A stretch of 64,000 bases of DNA, from the NCBI GenBank assembly GCA_016929645.1, contig JAFGIK010000031.1, forward strand, positions 2,548-66,547, read 5' to 3'. Under the pieces are notes generated by a model. The model saw only the letters and a list, made by a program, of their open reading frames with translations. It did no database searches and was not told the DNA's origin. The translations under genes were made by a program, and so were the position numbers. Numbering within the stretch: the first letter of the stretch is position 1; every line of letters begins with the position of its first letter. Below are positions 29,447 through 39,658 of the stretch, in pieces. This DNA is from Candidatus Dojkabacteria bacterium (lineage in GTDB: Bacteria > Patescibacteriota > Dojkabacteria > SC72 > JAFGCJ01).

Positions 29447-30305
29447 TAAATTATCAACACCAATTACTAATCAATCTAAAGCTGGGATAGGAAAAGAGCC
29501 AAAGATCTCAGTACTTACACCTGCATACAATGCAAAAACATCAATAGAAGATGCGGTAAAAAGTATTCTCAATCAAACTTATAAAAATTTTGAATATATA
29601 ATTATTGATGACGCAAGCAAAGACGACACTTACAACAAGATTATTGATCTTGCCCAAAAAGACAGTCGAATTAAAGTTTATAGAAATAAAACTAACCAAG
29701 GAATTCCAGCAACAAGAAACATTTTAATTTCCAAAGCAACAGGAAAATACATAGTATGGCAGGACGCAGATGACATATCATTAAAAGAAAGAATCGAAAA
29801 ACAGGTAGACTTTATGGAAAAAAATCCAGACATAGGCATATCAGGAGCTTACCTTCAATTCTTCACAGAGAAAGACGGTGACTTACTTATTCGAGAGTAT
29901 GATCCAAATGATCTAGAGCTTCGGAAAAACCTATTTAAATATTCACCAGTATCACAAGGTACAGCAATAATCAGAAAGGATATCCTTGATAAAGCAGGAT
30001 TATATGATCTTCGACTCACACAGGCAGAAGATTTGGACATGAGTTTCCGATTAGGAAAATATTCAAAATTTGCCAACCTTCAGGAAGTTTTGCTTAGATG
30101 CAGATTTCATGAAAAATCTGAATCTTCAAGTAAATTAAAAGAAAATATACGATTAACTCTTCTCGTGCGCCAAAGAGCAGTTAAGCAATACGGCTACAAA
30201 ATGGGGCTTTTTGATAGACTAGCATTTACAATTACATACATGATTCAGCTACTTCCAGCAAAAATTGTGTTTAGGATTTTTAATATTTTAAGAAACATCT
30301 TTTAA
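29433..30305 (+). CDS. GT2 glycosyltransferase
   Basis: ISVLTPAYN, IIDDASKD, QDADD, AEDLD. Confidence 0.9.
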   Translation: MKNINKLSTPITNQSKAGIGKEPKISVLTPAYNAKTSIEDAVKSILNQTYKNFEYIIIDDASKDDTYNKIIDLAQKDSRIKVYRNKTNQGIPATRNILISKATGKYIVWQDADDISLKERIEKQVDFMEKNPDIGISGAYLQFFTEKDGDLLIREYDPNDLELRKNLFKYSPVSQGTAIIRKDILDKAGLYDLRLTQAEDLDMSFRLGKYSKFANLQEVLLRCRFHEKSESSSKLKENIRLTLLVRQRAVKQYGYKMGLFDRLAFTITYMIQLLPAKIVFRIFNILRNIF

Positions 30306-30310
30306 TACTA

Positions 30311-31198
30311 ATGAAATCAATAGCAATAATAATCGTCAATTACAACTCATTTAGTGAGATAAAAGAGCTTTCAGAAAGCTTAAATCAATACTCACTAGAT
30401 ATTTTTGATGTTTTCATTGTTGATAACAATTCATTAAAAGATAATGAATTAGAAATGAACAAATTTTGCCAAAAAAACAAGTATTTTTTCATTAAATCAA
30501 AAGAAAATCATGGATTTGCATCAGGAGTAAATATTGGAATCAAAAAAGCCATGACAGATGAAAAATATAAGTATTTTATGCTATTAAATCCGGACACAAT
30601 CCTAGAGGATCCAAAATTTTTCGACCAGTTAACAAAAGATATGGAGGAAACAAAAGCCGCAATAATTGGGCCACTTGTCAGATACTACCCTGAGAAAGAT
30701 ACAATTTACTGCGCCGGAGGAAGCATAAGCAAAATCAGCGCATTAAATAATCTTGTAGGTAAAGGATCAAAGGATTTTAAGAAATTCAGCACAATTCGAG
30801 AGTGTGATTTCATATCAGGTGGTTCAATGCTTATATCAAGAGAATTACTAGATAAAATTCCTTCGTTTCCAGAAGAATATTTTCTTTTTTTTGAAGAAGC
30901 AGATTTTTGCATGAACGCAAAAAAATTAGGATACAAAGTGATTTTTACACCAAATACATATCTATATCATAAGCACTCTCAAAGTATTAGCTATATGTCA
31001 GATCTTTATCTCTACTACAGCATTAGAAACTATAGAATATTCGCATTCAAATATTTACAGTGGTATTTTTTGCCAGTTTTTATGCTTGTATATCTCACAT
31101 ATTGGTGTGGAGGATATGCTATAAAAGCAATTCAGCATGGTAATATAAAAGGAATATTACAGATTTTTAAGGCACTATTAAATTTAAAATTCAAATAA
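30311..31198 (+). CDS. GT2 glycosyltransferase (WbbL/rhamnosyltransferase-like)
   Basis: IIIVNYN, VDNNS, NHGFASGVN, LLNPD, FLFFEEADFC. Confidence 0.88.
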   Translation: MKSIAIIIVNYNSFSEIKELSESLNQYSLDIFDVFIVDNNSLKDNELEMNKFCQKNKYFFIKSKENHGFASGVNIGIKKAMTDEKYKYFMLLNPDTILEDPKFFDQLTKDMEETKAAIIGPLVRYYPEKDTIYCAGGSISKISALNNLVGKGSKDFKKFSTIRECDFISGGSMLISRELLDKIPSFPEEYFLFFEEADFCMNAKKLGYKVIFTPNTYLYHKHSQSISYMSDLYLYYSIRNYRIFAFKYLQWYFLPVFMLVYLTYWCGGYAIKAIQHGNIKGILQIFKALLNLKFK

Positions 31199-32092
31199 TT
31201 GTCGGGGCAAAATATTAAACAAAATACTAAACAAAACCTTGAACTATCTATAATTTTCATTGTTCATAATGAAGAACATATCATAAAAGAATCGCTTGAA
31301 GCTGTAAAAGGCTTATCAGAAGATATAATCGTAATCCATGATGGTCCATGTGAAGACAAAACACTTGATATAGCAAGCCAGTACACTGATAAAATCCACA
31401 CATGGGAATTCTTCGGAAACATGGAGAACCATAGAATTCGGGCTTTCAAACTCGCAAAATACGATTGGATCTTGCAAGTAGATGCAGACGAAATAATCAC
31501 AAAAGATTTAAGAGAGGCAATTCCAAAACTAATAAATAATAACAGCGTTGCAATCTACGAATATAAATGTCCAAGCATATACAAAGGTAAGAAATATGAT
31601 TTCATATACAAAAGAGGCCTGTTTAACAAAAATCGAGTATACTTTATCTCGGTAATCCACGAATACGTAAAACCAACAAAACCCGAGTATATAATACAGA
31701 AAACACCATTCTCAATAATCCACAAATCAAAGTCCATGGCTGACTGGAATAGCCTTATGAGAAGAATATTACCTCCGCCTAAAGGCAGAGGCTGGCCCAT
31801 AATTCATGCAAAAGAATATCTTAAACCTTTTGCCAAAATTGAAAAATGGAATTGCAGCTTATTTGACTGGGAGTTCAAGACCAAAATAAGATTAATGTTC
31901 CCATTCACGGTTGGAGCAATAGGGTCATTTTTATACTTGTTTTTACAAAATCTTGTACTTGCAGTTAAAAATCTTGATTTTTACTATTTCCAACAAGGTT
32001 TGTTTAGTGGAATCTATTGGGGTAAAGTTTTCTTCATGTATGGTATATTAAGGATTGAACAATTTTACAAATGGATATTAAGAAAGAATTAA
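31199..32092 (+). CDS. GT2 glycosyltransferase (beta-1,4-glucosyltransferase-like)
   Basis: HNEE, HDGPCEDKT, WILQVDADE, IHE. Confidence 0.85.
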   Translation: MSGQNIKQNTKQNLELSIIFIVHNEEHIIKESLEAVKGLSEDIIVIHDGPCEDKTLDIASQYTDKIHTWEFFGNMENHRIRAFKLAKYDWILQVDADEIITKDLREAIPKLINNNSVAIYEYKCPSIYKGKKYDFIYKRGLFNKNRVYFISVIHEYVKPTKPEYIIQKTPFSIIHKSKSMADWNSLMRRILPPPKGRGWPIIHAKEYLKPFAKIEKWNCSLFDWEFKTKIRLMFPFTVGAIGSFLYLFLQNLVLAVKNLDFYYFQQGLFSGIYWGKVFFMYGILRIEQFYKWILRKN

Positions 32093-34476
32093 AAAAAATA
32101 ATAAAAGTAGTAAAAAATAACGATGTAATATTTGGCATTTTGACATTTTTGTCATGCTTATTTTTGCTAAAAGGTGGAATTTGGTTATTTAACGATGCTG
32201 CATATTGGCCTAAAACCTGGGACGAAGGCGTTTTTAATTCATTCACCCAATTTAAGACATTCGTATTAAGTAACACCAGTTATGGCTTTGATTTAGGATT
32301 ACTAAGCTACACTCGATACATCTCAGTATTATTTCACTTAGTACTTTATGCTTTATTTGGCTCGACAATATCACAAATAATTTTCATAGTAAGTGCATTT
32401 ATCCTAAACTACTTGGCATTTTATAAATTTTCCGGAATCTGGGAAAAAGATTCTAACATACGAAAATTAAGCTCGATATTCTTTTCATTTTGCCCAATAT
32501 TCCTAGGTTTAATGAACCAAAGCTACATACACTCATATGCAGCAATTCCGCTTCTTGTTTTTTTTATCTACAAATATTTTCAGTCAAAAGTAAAGAAATC
32601 AATCAAATATATCTTACTCATTATTGTATGTTTGTACTTAATAACAGGATATTTGCGATTCATTCAGATAACAGCAATAATTGCAGCACCATACCTTATT
32701 TATTTGACAATAAAGCATAAATGGTATAAACAATACCAAAAGATCTTCGCACTTTTCATACCAATCGCTCTGGCATTCCTGCCATCAATATATTTGTTGA
32801 TAAACCAGTACATAAAAGGAACATCATCAGTCTACTCGAACTTCGCATCATCTTTTGAGGGGTCAAAACCAGAATTAAAGTGGTACGAGATATTTAGCAT
32901 ATATCAGACAATAAATATCCCGATCTACAGCAATTATCCATTAATTTATGGAATTATCGGCACATCAGTACTTGGTATCCTCTTAATAACAGCGCTTTTA
33001 ACCAAAGGAAAAACAAAATCTGCATTTTATCTGAACTTAGGAATGATCGCATTATCAATCATTTTGATAGCCTTACCATTGCTATTTCAACAAAATATAT
33101 ATGACAAATTAGTAAAAATATTTGCTTTTCTACAAAATGTGCCTCAATACGGACTATATTTATCAACAATTCCAATAGCAATGCTGATTATACATATTGC
33201 TCGCAAAAATTACGTTCTAGCTAAAGTTTACACATTGATCATTGTCGCAATAGCAATATTTCCATTATTAAGTATTAATGCACAATACCTGGCAAAAATT
33301 AAAGTAAGTGACATTCCACAAAGTTATGTGGATGAATTCGTTGATAACGATTTTAATGAATATCCAGAACCAACACTTTTCATTCCACAATCATGCTGGA
33401 ACGCTGAGTATACAAGGGAGGAATCCACGACATGCATCAATAAATCAATAATTGATAAGGATATCCAGGACATTAATCCAAGATTTTTATCAAGCTCAGA
33501 CTATCAACTACAAAAAAGATACACTGCATATCAAAATTTAAGTCCGGCAACACTTGAAAATCTTAAAGTTACTCATAACTTAAAAAATATTATTGTTGCA
33601 AAAGATATCATAGAACCGACATATTGGGTAAGTGACGCAAATCAAATGAAACTTACATTGGATAAATTTGATGATCTGGAAATATATGAAAATGATCAGT
33701 TTACAAAATATACACTCCTTGAAAATGATACTTATGATTTTTTTATATATTCCCCTAATTACACAAGACAATTTATCGAAAACGAAAGTACTAATGATAT
33801 GGTTGATATTACACAAAAACCTGTTTTTACTGACCAGATTATCAATGCCGATTTCAACCAGAATGTAAATGTTGACTACAAAATGTCAAATTACAATCCT
33901 GAGAAATATTATGCAAAGATAAGCAATTTCGATAACAACAAGGATATATTATTACAAACAAATCTACTCTATAACCCGAATTGGAAGATAAAATTTATAA
34001 CTAAACAGGAATATGACAGTGTCAATTGTTATGACAAACAAGAGTTTGACGTAACTGATAACTCAAGATGTAAATACAATGGAACAATTTTACCAGCACT
34101 TGATATAAAATATCTTTTTTCAAAGGAAGTAAGCACAGGACAGCATAAAATTGGAAACATCCTAGGAAATCTATGGATCATAGATAACGAACAGCTGGAA
34201 GGTAAAAATGAAGTATACGCAGTGATTATATTTGAAAAACAAATCCCATTCACATGGAGCATTTATATTTCAACAGCAGTAATGACATTACTATTTATGA
34301 TTTCAGTCTACAGCGAAATCAAATTTAAAAAGAAATCGGACATTCAGACAAATATACACAAGCCAACTCAAAACGAAAAATTGGCACGCCCAAAAACAAC
34401 TGATACAAGTCAGACAACTATTTATACAACTAATAAATCAAGAAAAATAAACACAAAGCAAGATGGAGACAAGTAA
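32071..34476 (+). CDS. Polytopic GT-C-like membrane protein with an extracellular domain and C-terminal TM
   Basis: N-terminal TM bundle, then YKMSNYNPEKY...YNPNWK...HKIGNILGNLW...FEKQ and a TM; same layout as 24393-28568. Confidence 0.6.
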   Translation: MDIKKELKKIIKVVKNNDVIFGILTFLSCLFLLKGGIWLFNDAAYWPKTWDEGVFNSFTQFKTFVLSNTSYGFDLGLLSYTRYISVLFHLVLYALFGSTISQIIFIVSAFILNYLAFYKFSGIWEKDSNIRKLSSIFFSFCPIFLGLMNQSYIHSYAAIPLLVFFIYKYFQSKVKKSIKYILLIIVCLYLITGYLRFIQITAIIAAPYLIYLTIKHKWYKQYQKIFALFIPIALAFLPSIYLLINQYIKGTSSVYSNFASSFEGSKPELKWYEIFSIYQTINIPIYSNYPLIYGIIGTSVLGILLITALLTKGKTKSAFYLNLGMIALSIILIALPLLFQQNIYDKLVKIFAFLQNVPQYGLYLSTIPIAMLIIHIARKNYVLAKVYTLIIVAIAIFPLLSINAQYLAKIKVSDIPQSYVDEFVDNDFNEYPEPTLFIPQSCWNAEYTREESTTCINKSIIDKDIQDINPRFLSSSDYQLQKRYTAYQNLSPATLENLKVTHNLKNIIVAKDIIEPTYWVSDANQMKLTLDKFDDLEIYENDQFTKYTLLENDTYDFFIYSPNYTRQFIENESTNDMVDITQKPVFTDQIINADFNQNVNVDYKMSNYNPEKYYAKISNFDNNKDILLQTNLLYNPNWKIKFITKQEYDSVNCYDKQEFDVTDNSRCKYNGTILPALDIKYLFSKEVSTGQHKIGNILGNLWIIDNEQLEGKNEVYAVIIFEKQIPFTWSIYISTAVMTLLFMISVYSEIKFKKKSDIQTNIHKPTQNEKLARPKTTDTSQTTIYTTNKSRKINTKQDGDK

Positions 34477-36691
34477 TAATGTCAAAAATAAAAAACAGGT
34501 AGATCGCCAGAAAATAAGGAAAATAATTTTCTTTAATATCCTCTGCATAAATATTCTTACTGTACTGATATTGCTATCACTTGGACTATACATTTATCCA
34601 AAATTTGCATCTACACAACAAATTAAGCCACAAATAACAAACAGCGTTGATAAAGTATTTTCATATCCTGGCGAAAATTCAACACCACTTGGCAATCCTG
34701 ATATCGATGAATTGACAATTTATAATAACAGCATCAACAATGAAAAAGATGAAAAATCACTTACAGAAATAACAAAGCAAACATATCTTCAAATCTACGA
34801 AAAAGATGGAAAATTTATTACAAATAATATACTCGAAGCTGACGCATCATTTAGTTTTGTTCAGGATATTAATAAGATTGAATCAGTAAATATAAACTAT
34901 AGTGACCAAAACAATAACCTGACCCTAACGACAACAGAATTCCAGCTAAAAATTGATGATCAAGAAACAAAAGTTTTAGAGCCAATAACCATTGGAGAAA
35001 TACCAAACATATCAAATAAGGACATAATAAAAATTGATAATTCTTTTGTTGACATGAGAACAGCAAATACCAACAAAAGCATCGTAACATCGGGAAACGT
35101 AGAACACATCAAAATATACAAACAGGTTAGTGTCAAAAATCTTGACAATGGCGACTTTAGCCAAGGATCATGGCAGGGAACAGTGGGTGACTGCAGCCAA
35201 TATGTATCCGGTGTTGCAGATTTAGAAATGAATATTGTTAACGATACTCAAGGAAATCCATCGCTAAGCCTTAGCTCAAAAAATCACTATGCATGCACAT
35301 CAAAACAGTTTCAAATGGACAGAGATTCAAATAAAGTATATTTACTAAGCTTTGACTACAAAAGTATAGAAGGAAATTACGTCCAAGCATATTTTGAGAT
35401 ACTTGATGAAAAAGAAAAGATCGTATCAAGAAACACTATCACGCTAACCCCAAACGATAATAACTGGCACAATCATAGAGTAATTTTAGATGAGATAGAG
35501 AATGTTGAAAAACCCCTTGATATAACAATATTTGTATACGCACCAAGCGATGGCAGCAAGGAAGTTACAAATTTTTACGACAACTTTGAATTACTCGAGT
35601 ATGAAATGACACAAGATATCTTGTTAACCGACAAGGAAGAAACCACCGATCAAGAAAATCAAGATTCAGAAATCCTTGAAAGAAATAACGAAAACAAAAT
35701 CTTCATTGAAAATATCACATTAGGCTCAAACAATAACAATATTTCAATACTTCCAACAAATATTAATGACTACAATATAACACTGGACTCATTTGAAGAT
35801 AAACTATGGCAAGAAAGTGCATCCGATTGCAGTTCAATCATGGCAGGAAAACCAGAATTTGAACTTTCACAAGAATACGATGCAAGTGATGGCGAAAAAT
35901 CACTAATGATAAGTTCAACAAACCATAATGCTTGCGTTGCCAAACTTTTTGATATTGATATTAACAATACATACCTGTACAAATTAAGTGTTGACATGAA
36001 AGCACTGAAAGATAAAAAATCTCAGGTTTATTACTACTTCGAATACATGCTTAACGGACAGGTAAAATATCAATCTGGAGTCTTCAACATAGATGCACCT
36101 GACAACAAGTGGCATTCTTACTCAACAACAGTTATTCCTCCAGATAAGCAAATTCTAAACTTCGGCATCTTTCTTTATGCTCTTTCCGATGGAACATACG
36201 AGTCGCAAAACCTATACGATAATATAAAACTTAATATCATCGGCCCCAAAAACCTTGAACAATTCTACTTCATAAATGAAAAAGAAATAGAAGAAATGCC
36301 GGAAGCTGAGGTGAAACTCGCATACTCAAACCGATTCGAAACAAGATTTTATGTATCAGATATTAAAAGCAATGAGTTCCTAGTGATACTGCCACAAGAG
36401 TACAGCTCAACATTAGAGCTTCAGATAAAAGGCGATAATATAAACAAAACAATTGAAAACTCAAACCATTATCAGGGTTATGGACTTGGCACATTCAATA
36501 ACAACGTATGGCTCATAAATAAAAATGAACTATGTACAAAAGGTTGTTCTGACTCTGACCAATACACAATAATTATTAGGGAAAAGAAATTTTTCATGAT
36601 ACAAATTGTAGTAGCAGCTCTAATTCCAGTAACAGCAACAATATTAATAATATCTATAGTCAAGGAAAGAAAAAAAAACCTCAAAACTTAA
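34463..36691 (+). CDS. Doubly membrane-anchored protein with two tandem carbohydrate-binding-like (CBM4/9-like) repeats
   Basis: Internal repeat: GDFSQGSWQ..GDCS...SLSLSSKNHYAC...YLLSFDYK...WHNH...YAPSDG...FYDN versus DSFEDKLWQ..SDCS...SLMISSTNHNAC...YKLSVDMK...WHSY...YALSDG...LYDN. Confidence 0.65.
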   Translation: METSNNVKNKKQVDRQKIRKIIFFNILCINILTVLILLSLGLYIYPKFASTQQIKPQITNSVDKVFSYPGENSTPLGNPDIDELTIYNNSINNEKDEKSLTEITKQTYLQIYEKDGKFITNNILEADASFSFVQDINKIESVNINYSDQNNNLTLTTTEFQLKIDDQETKVLEPITIGEIPNISNKDIIKIDNSFVDMRTANTNKSIVTSGNVEHIKIYKQVSVKNLDNGDFSQGSWQGTVGDCSQYVSGVADLEMNIVNDTQGNPSLSLSSKNHYACTSKQFQMDRDSNKVYLLSFDYKSIEGNYVQAYFEILDEKEKIVSRNTITLTPNDNNWHNHRVILDEIENVEKPLDITIFVYAPSDGSKEVTNFYDNFELLEYEMTQDILLTDKEETTDQENQDSEILERNNENKIFIENITLGSNNNNISILPTNINDYNITLDSFEDKLWQESASDCSSIMAGKPEFELSQEYDASDGEKSLMISSTNHNACVAKLFDIDINNTYLYKLSVDMKALKDKKSQVYYYFEYMLNGQVKYQSGVFNIDAPDNKWHSYSTTVIPPDKQILNFGIFLYALSDGTYESQNLYDNIKLNIIGPKNLEQFYFINEKEIEEMPEAEVKLAYSNRFETRFYVSDIKSNEFLVILPQEYSSTLELQIKGDNINKTIENSNHYQGYGLGTFNNNVWLINKNELCTKGCSDSDQYTIIIREKKFFMIQIVVAALIPVTATILIISIVKERKKNLKT

Positions 36692-36878
36692 GCAAAATTC
36701 GCAAATCTCTGCCATCAATACTTAAAAAGGGGCCAAGCAAATAGGCCTTATAAATAATATCGAATTCAACTAACTCAAAACACAAAGTTCCTCCCAGGAA
36801 AAGATTAACCAAAGTTTAAATTGAGTTCTTTCAACAGTTTCATAAAATTACGTGAATTAATATCAAAGATATCATATA

Positions 36879-38009
36879 ATGACAAACATGGAAGTATTCA
36901 TTATCATATTATTAATTGCATTAATTATAGCAATTGCCGTATCAACAAACATTTTATTAAGTAATTTCAAACAAGCAAGACAAGAACAGCTCGAAGCGTC
37001 AAAGGAAGATAAGTCGTTGCTATTGCTGCAAAATCAGATCAGCAAAATGAATCAAGAGATAGATAACAAACTATCCTCTAATCAAAGAATCCTTACAGAC
37101 GGGCTACAAACCCAGACAACAATATTGCAGAAGCAATCAAGTATCAGCACCAGAACAATACAAGAGCTCCAAAATCAAAGCTCAAAGACAATCCAAGAAG
37201 TAACAGAAAAACTTACAAAGCTAGATGAAACCAACAAGAAGGTTGTAGATTTTGCAACACAACTTCAAAGTCTAGAGAATATATTAAAGAACCCCAAACA
37301 AAGAGGTATCCTGGGTGAATATTTTCTCGAAACGTTACTAAGCAAAGTAATGCCACAGGGAACATATAAAATGCAGTACAAATTTAGTGATGGAGAAATT
37401 GTTGACGCAGCAATTATCGTTAAGGAGAAAATAATCCCCATTGATTCAAAATTCTCACTTGAAAAATACAACGAAATTCAAACAGAAATTAATGCTGACA
37501 CAAGAGAGCAGCTGAAAAAAGAATTTCGGTCTGACTTAAAAATGCGAATCGACGAAACATCCAAATACATCAGACCTCAGGAAGGCACCACAGATTTCGC
37601 ACTTATGTTTATCCCAGCAGAAGGTATCTTTTACGACATACTTGTCCAAAAAGTAGGATCATTAGATATATCAGCAGAAGATTTAATAACATATGCGTTC
37701 AAGAAACGAGTCATCCTTGTGTCACCAAACACTTTCTTTGCATATTTACAAACAATATTACAAGCACTCAAAGCACTTCAGGTCGAAGAATCCATAAAAG
37801 AGGTTATTACAAAGATTGCCCAAATGGGAAAACACATGGTAAATTACCAAGATTATATAAGTAAAGTAGGAAAACACCTTGGTTCAACAGTAAGTGCCTA
37901 CAATCAGGCAAACCATCAGTTTAGGATGATAGATAAAGACGTTTTGAAGATTTCCGGTGAAAAAATCGGTGCAGAGGAAATTCAACTCGAAAAGCCAGAA
38001 GAAAATTAA
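36879..38009 (+). CDS. rmuC: DNA recombination protein RmuC
   Basis: N-terminal TM, coiled coil, NPKQRGILGE, IPIDSKFSL, KYIRPQEGTTDFALMFIPAE. Confidence 0.92.
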   Translation: MTNMEVFIIILLIALIIAIAVSTNILLSNFKQARQEQLEASKEDKSLLLLQNQISKMNQEIDNKLSSNQRILTDGLQTQTTILQKQSSISTRTIQELQNQSSKTIQEVTEKLTKLDETNKKVVDFATQLQSLENILKNPKQRGILGEYFLETLLSKVMPQGTYKMQYKFSDGEIVDAAIIVKEKIIPIDSKFSLEKYNEIQTEINADTREQLKKEFRSDLKMRIDETSKYIRPQEGTTDFALMFIPAEGIFYDILVQKVGSLDISAEDLITYAFKKRVILVSPNTFFAYLQTILQALKALQVEESIKEVITKIAQMGKHMVNYQDYISKVGKHLGSTVSAYNQANHQFRMIDKDVLKISGEKIGAEEIQLEKPEEN

Positions 38010-38121
38010 TCGAGAATCAAGTCAAAATCAAGACGAGTAGAAAAAATTCACATATTGCAAAAATTCCATTGTAGCTGCAAAATACTTGGTAATTTATATT
38101 TCTGTGATCTAGAAGAAATTT

Positions 38122-39303
38122 ATGACAAATTCAGTTCTAATACATTATGGAGAGCTTGGACTCAAAGGGAAAAACTTAAGAGATTTTGAAAATAGACTCC
38201 GCAAGAATATTCAAGCAAAGATAAGCAAAATTGACAGTACGACTAAAACAGAGCTACATCATAAATATCTCGTTCTAACTCATGAAAATATCGAGCAAAA
38301 AGACAAAGTAGGTGATCAATTAAGTAAAGTTTTTGGTATAAAATGGTTCGCAAATGTCCGAACACTCGATCGAAACTTAGACTATTCTGAAATCGTGAAG
38401 GAAGTCATAAAAATCGCAAGTAGTACTAAAGATTCGGACACTACATTTAGAATTACATGCAAAAGAGCTGACAAAAGATACCCCATGAAATCAGGTGAAA
38501 TAGAACAAGAAATCGGACATTCCGTTATTGAGCAAACAAAACTAAAAAAAGTGAACTTAAATTCACCAGAAATAGAGATTTTTGTTGAAATTAACAACGA
38601 TTTCATATTCATATTCAGTGATAAACAAAAAGGCGCCGGAGGGCTGCCAGTAGGAAGTGGAGGAAGAGTACTATGTCTTCTTTCTGGAGGATTTGATTCA
38701 CCGGTTGCAGCTTATTTAATAGCCAAAAGAGGATTTCATGTTGATTACCTACATTTTTATGTCCAACCAATAAACGAAGAATCAAAAATATGTAAAATAG
38801 TTAAGGCGCTAAATTCCTATACATCTGACCACACCAACAGAAATCGCATATATGCTTCACCATACCTCCCTTTTAATATGGAAATACTACAAATTGAAAC
38901 AAGGTACGAACTCGTATTATTTCGAAGATTTGTACTGAAGTATGCAGAGAAACTGATTGAAAAATACCACTACAAAGCAATAGTTTCAGGTGACAATATT
39001 GGCCAGGTAGCATCTCAAACAATAGAAAACATTATTGCTTCCGAAGATGCACTTGCGCAATCAATTTGCTTTAGACCGTTACTGAGCTTTGACAAAGAGG
39101 AGATTTTGCAAATATCAAAACGCATCAAGCTTTTTGATATTTGCAAAATCTCCCACAAAGATTGCTGCTCTCTGATCGACAAGCATGCCAAGACAAAAGT
39201 AACTATAGAGCGAATAAGGTATGAAGAATCGAAGCTGAAAAATTATGATGGGATAATAAAAAATACAGAAAAAGAGCAGCAAATCATAGAAATAGATCAG
39301 TAA
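38122..39303 (+). CDS. thiI: tRNA 4-thiouridine synthase ThiI (no rhodanese domain)
   Basis: HYGELGLKGKN, THUMP domain, GGLPVG, LLSGGFDSPVA, GQVASQT, RPL, DCC. Confidence 0.92.
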   Translation: MTNSVLIHYGELGLKGKNLRDFENRLRKNIQAKISKIDSTTKTELHHKYLVLTHENIEQKDKVGDQLSKVFGIKWFANVRTLDRNLDYSEIVKEVIKIASSTKDSDTTFRITCKRADKRYPMKSGEIEQEIGHSVIEQTKLKKVNLNSPEIEIFVEINNDFIFIFSDKQKGAGGLPVGSGGRVLCLLSGGFDSPVAAYLIAKRGFHVDYLHFYVQPINEESKICKIVKALNSYTSDHTNRNRIYASPYLPFNMEILQIETRYELVLFRRFVLKYAEKLIEKYHYKAIVSGDNIGQVASQTIENIIASEDALAQSICFRPLLSFDKEEILQISKRIKLFDICKISHKDCCSLIDKHAKTKVTIERIRYEESKLKNYDGIIKNTEKEQQIIEIDQ

Positions 39304-39658
39304 AGCCACGTTACAAATACGATACGAATAAAACCATACAATCTTAAACAAACCGCGACAAAGTAATATAATATATCAGCACAGGCATTTATCCTAAGAA
39401 TTTATATATTACAGCGATCAACAACAGCCTATAGGATAAGAAATCACATAACATAATCGTGTTACAAAGCATATAGTAAAAAATGGGGTTATGAAAATTG
39501 CAAAATATTGAAAATTCTTCTGCCAGTATATTTTTACAAAAAACATTATTACGACAACATTTATATCTGTTGTTTCTCGAAAAAGTCACAAAATATTGCT
39601 ACTATTGGATCTGATAAATCACAGTTAGTTGAACTTTTCGAATGGATAATAATGTTAA

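Noticed and set aside
39304-39658. 355-nt gap between convergent thiI and murE as a possible ncRNA or small gene
   Set aside because: No tRNA or known ncRNA signature, only short AT-rich inverted matches, and the 66-aa ORF is unconvincing.
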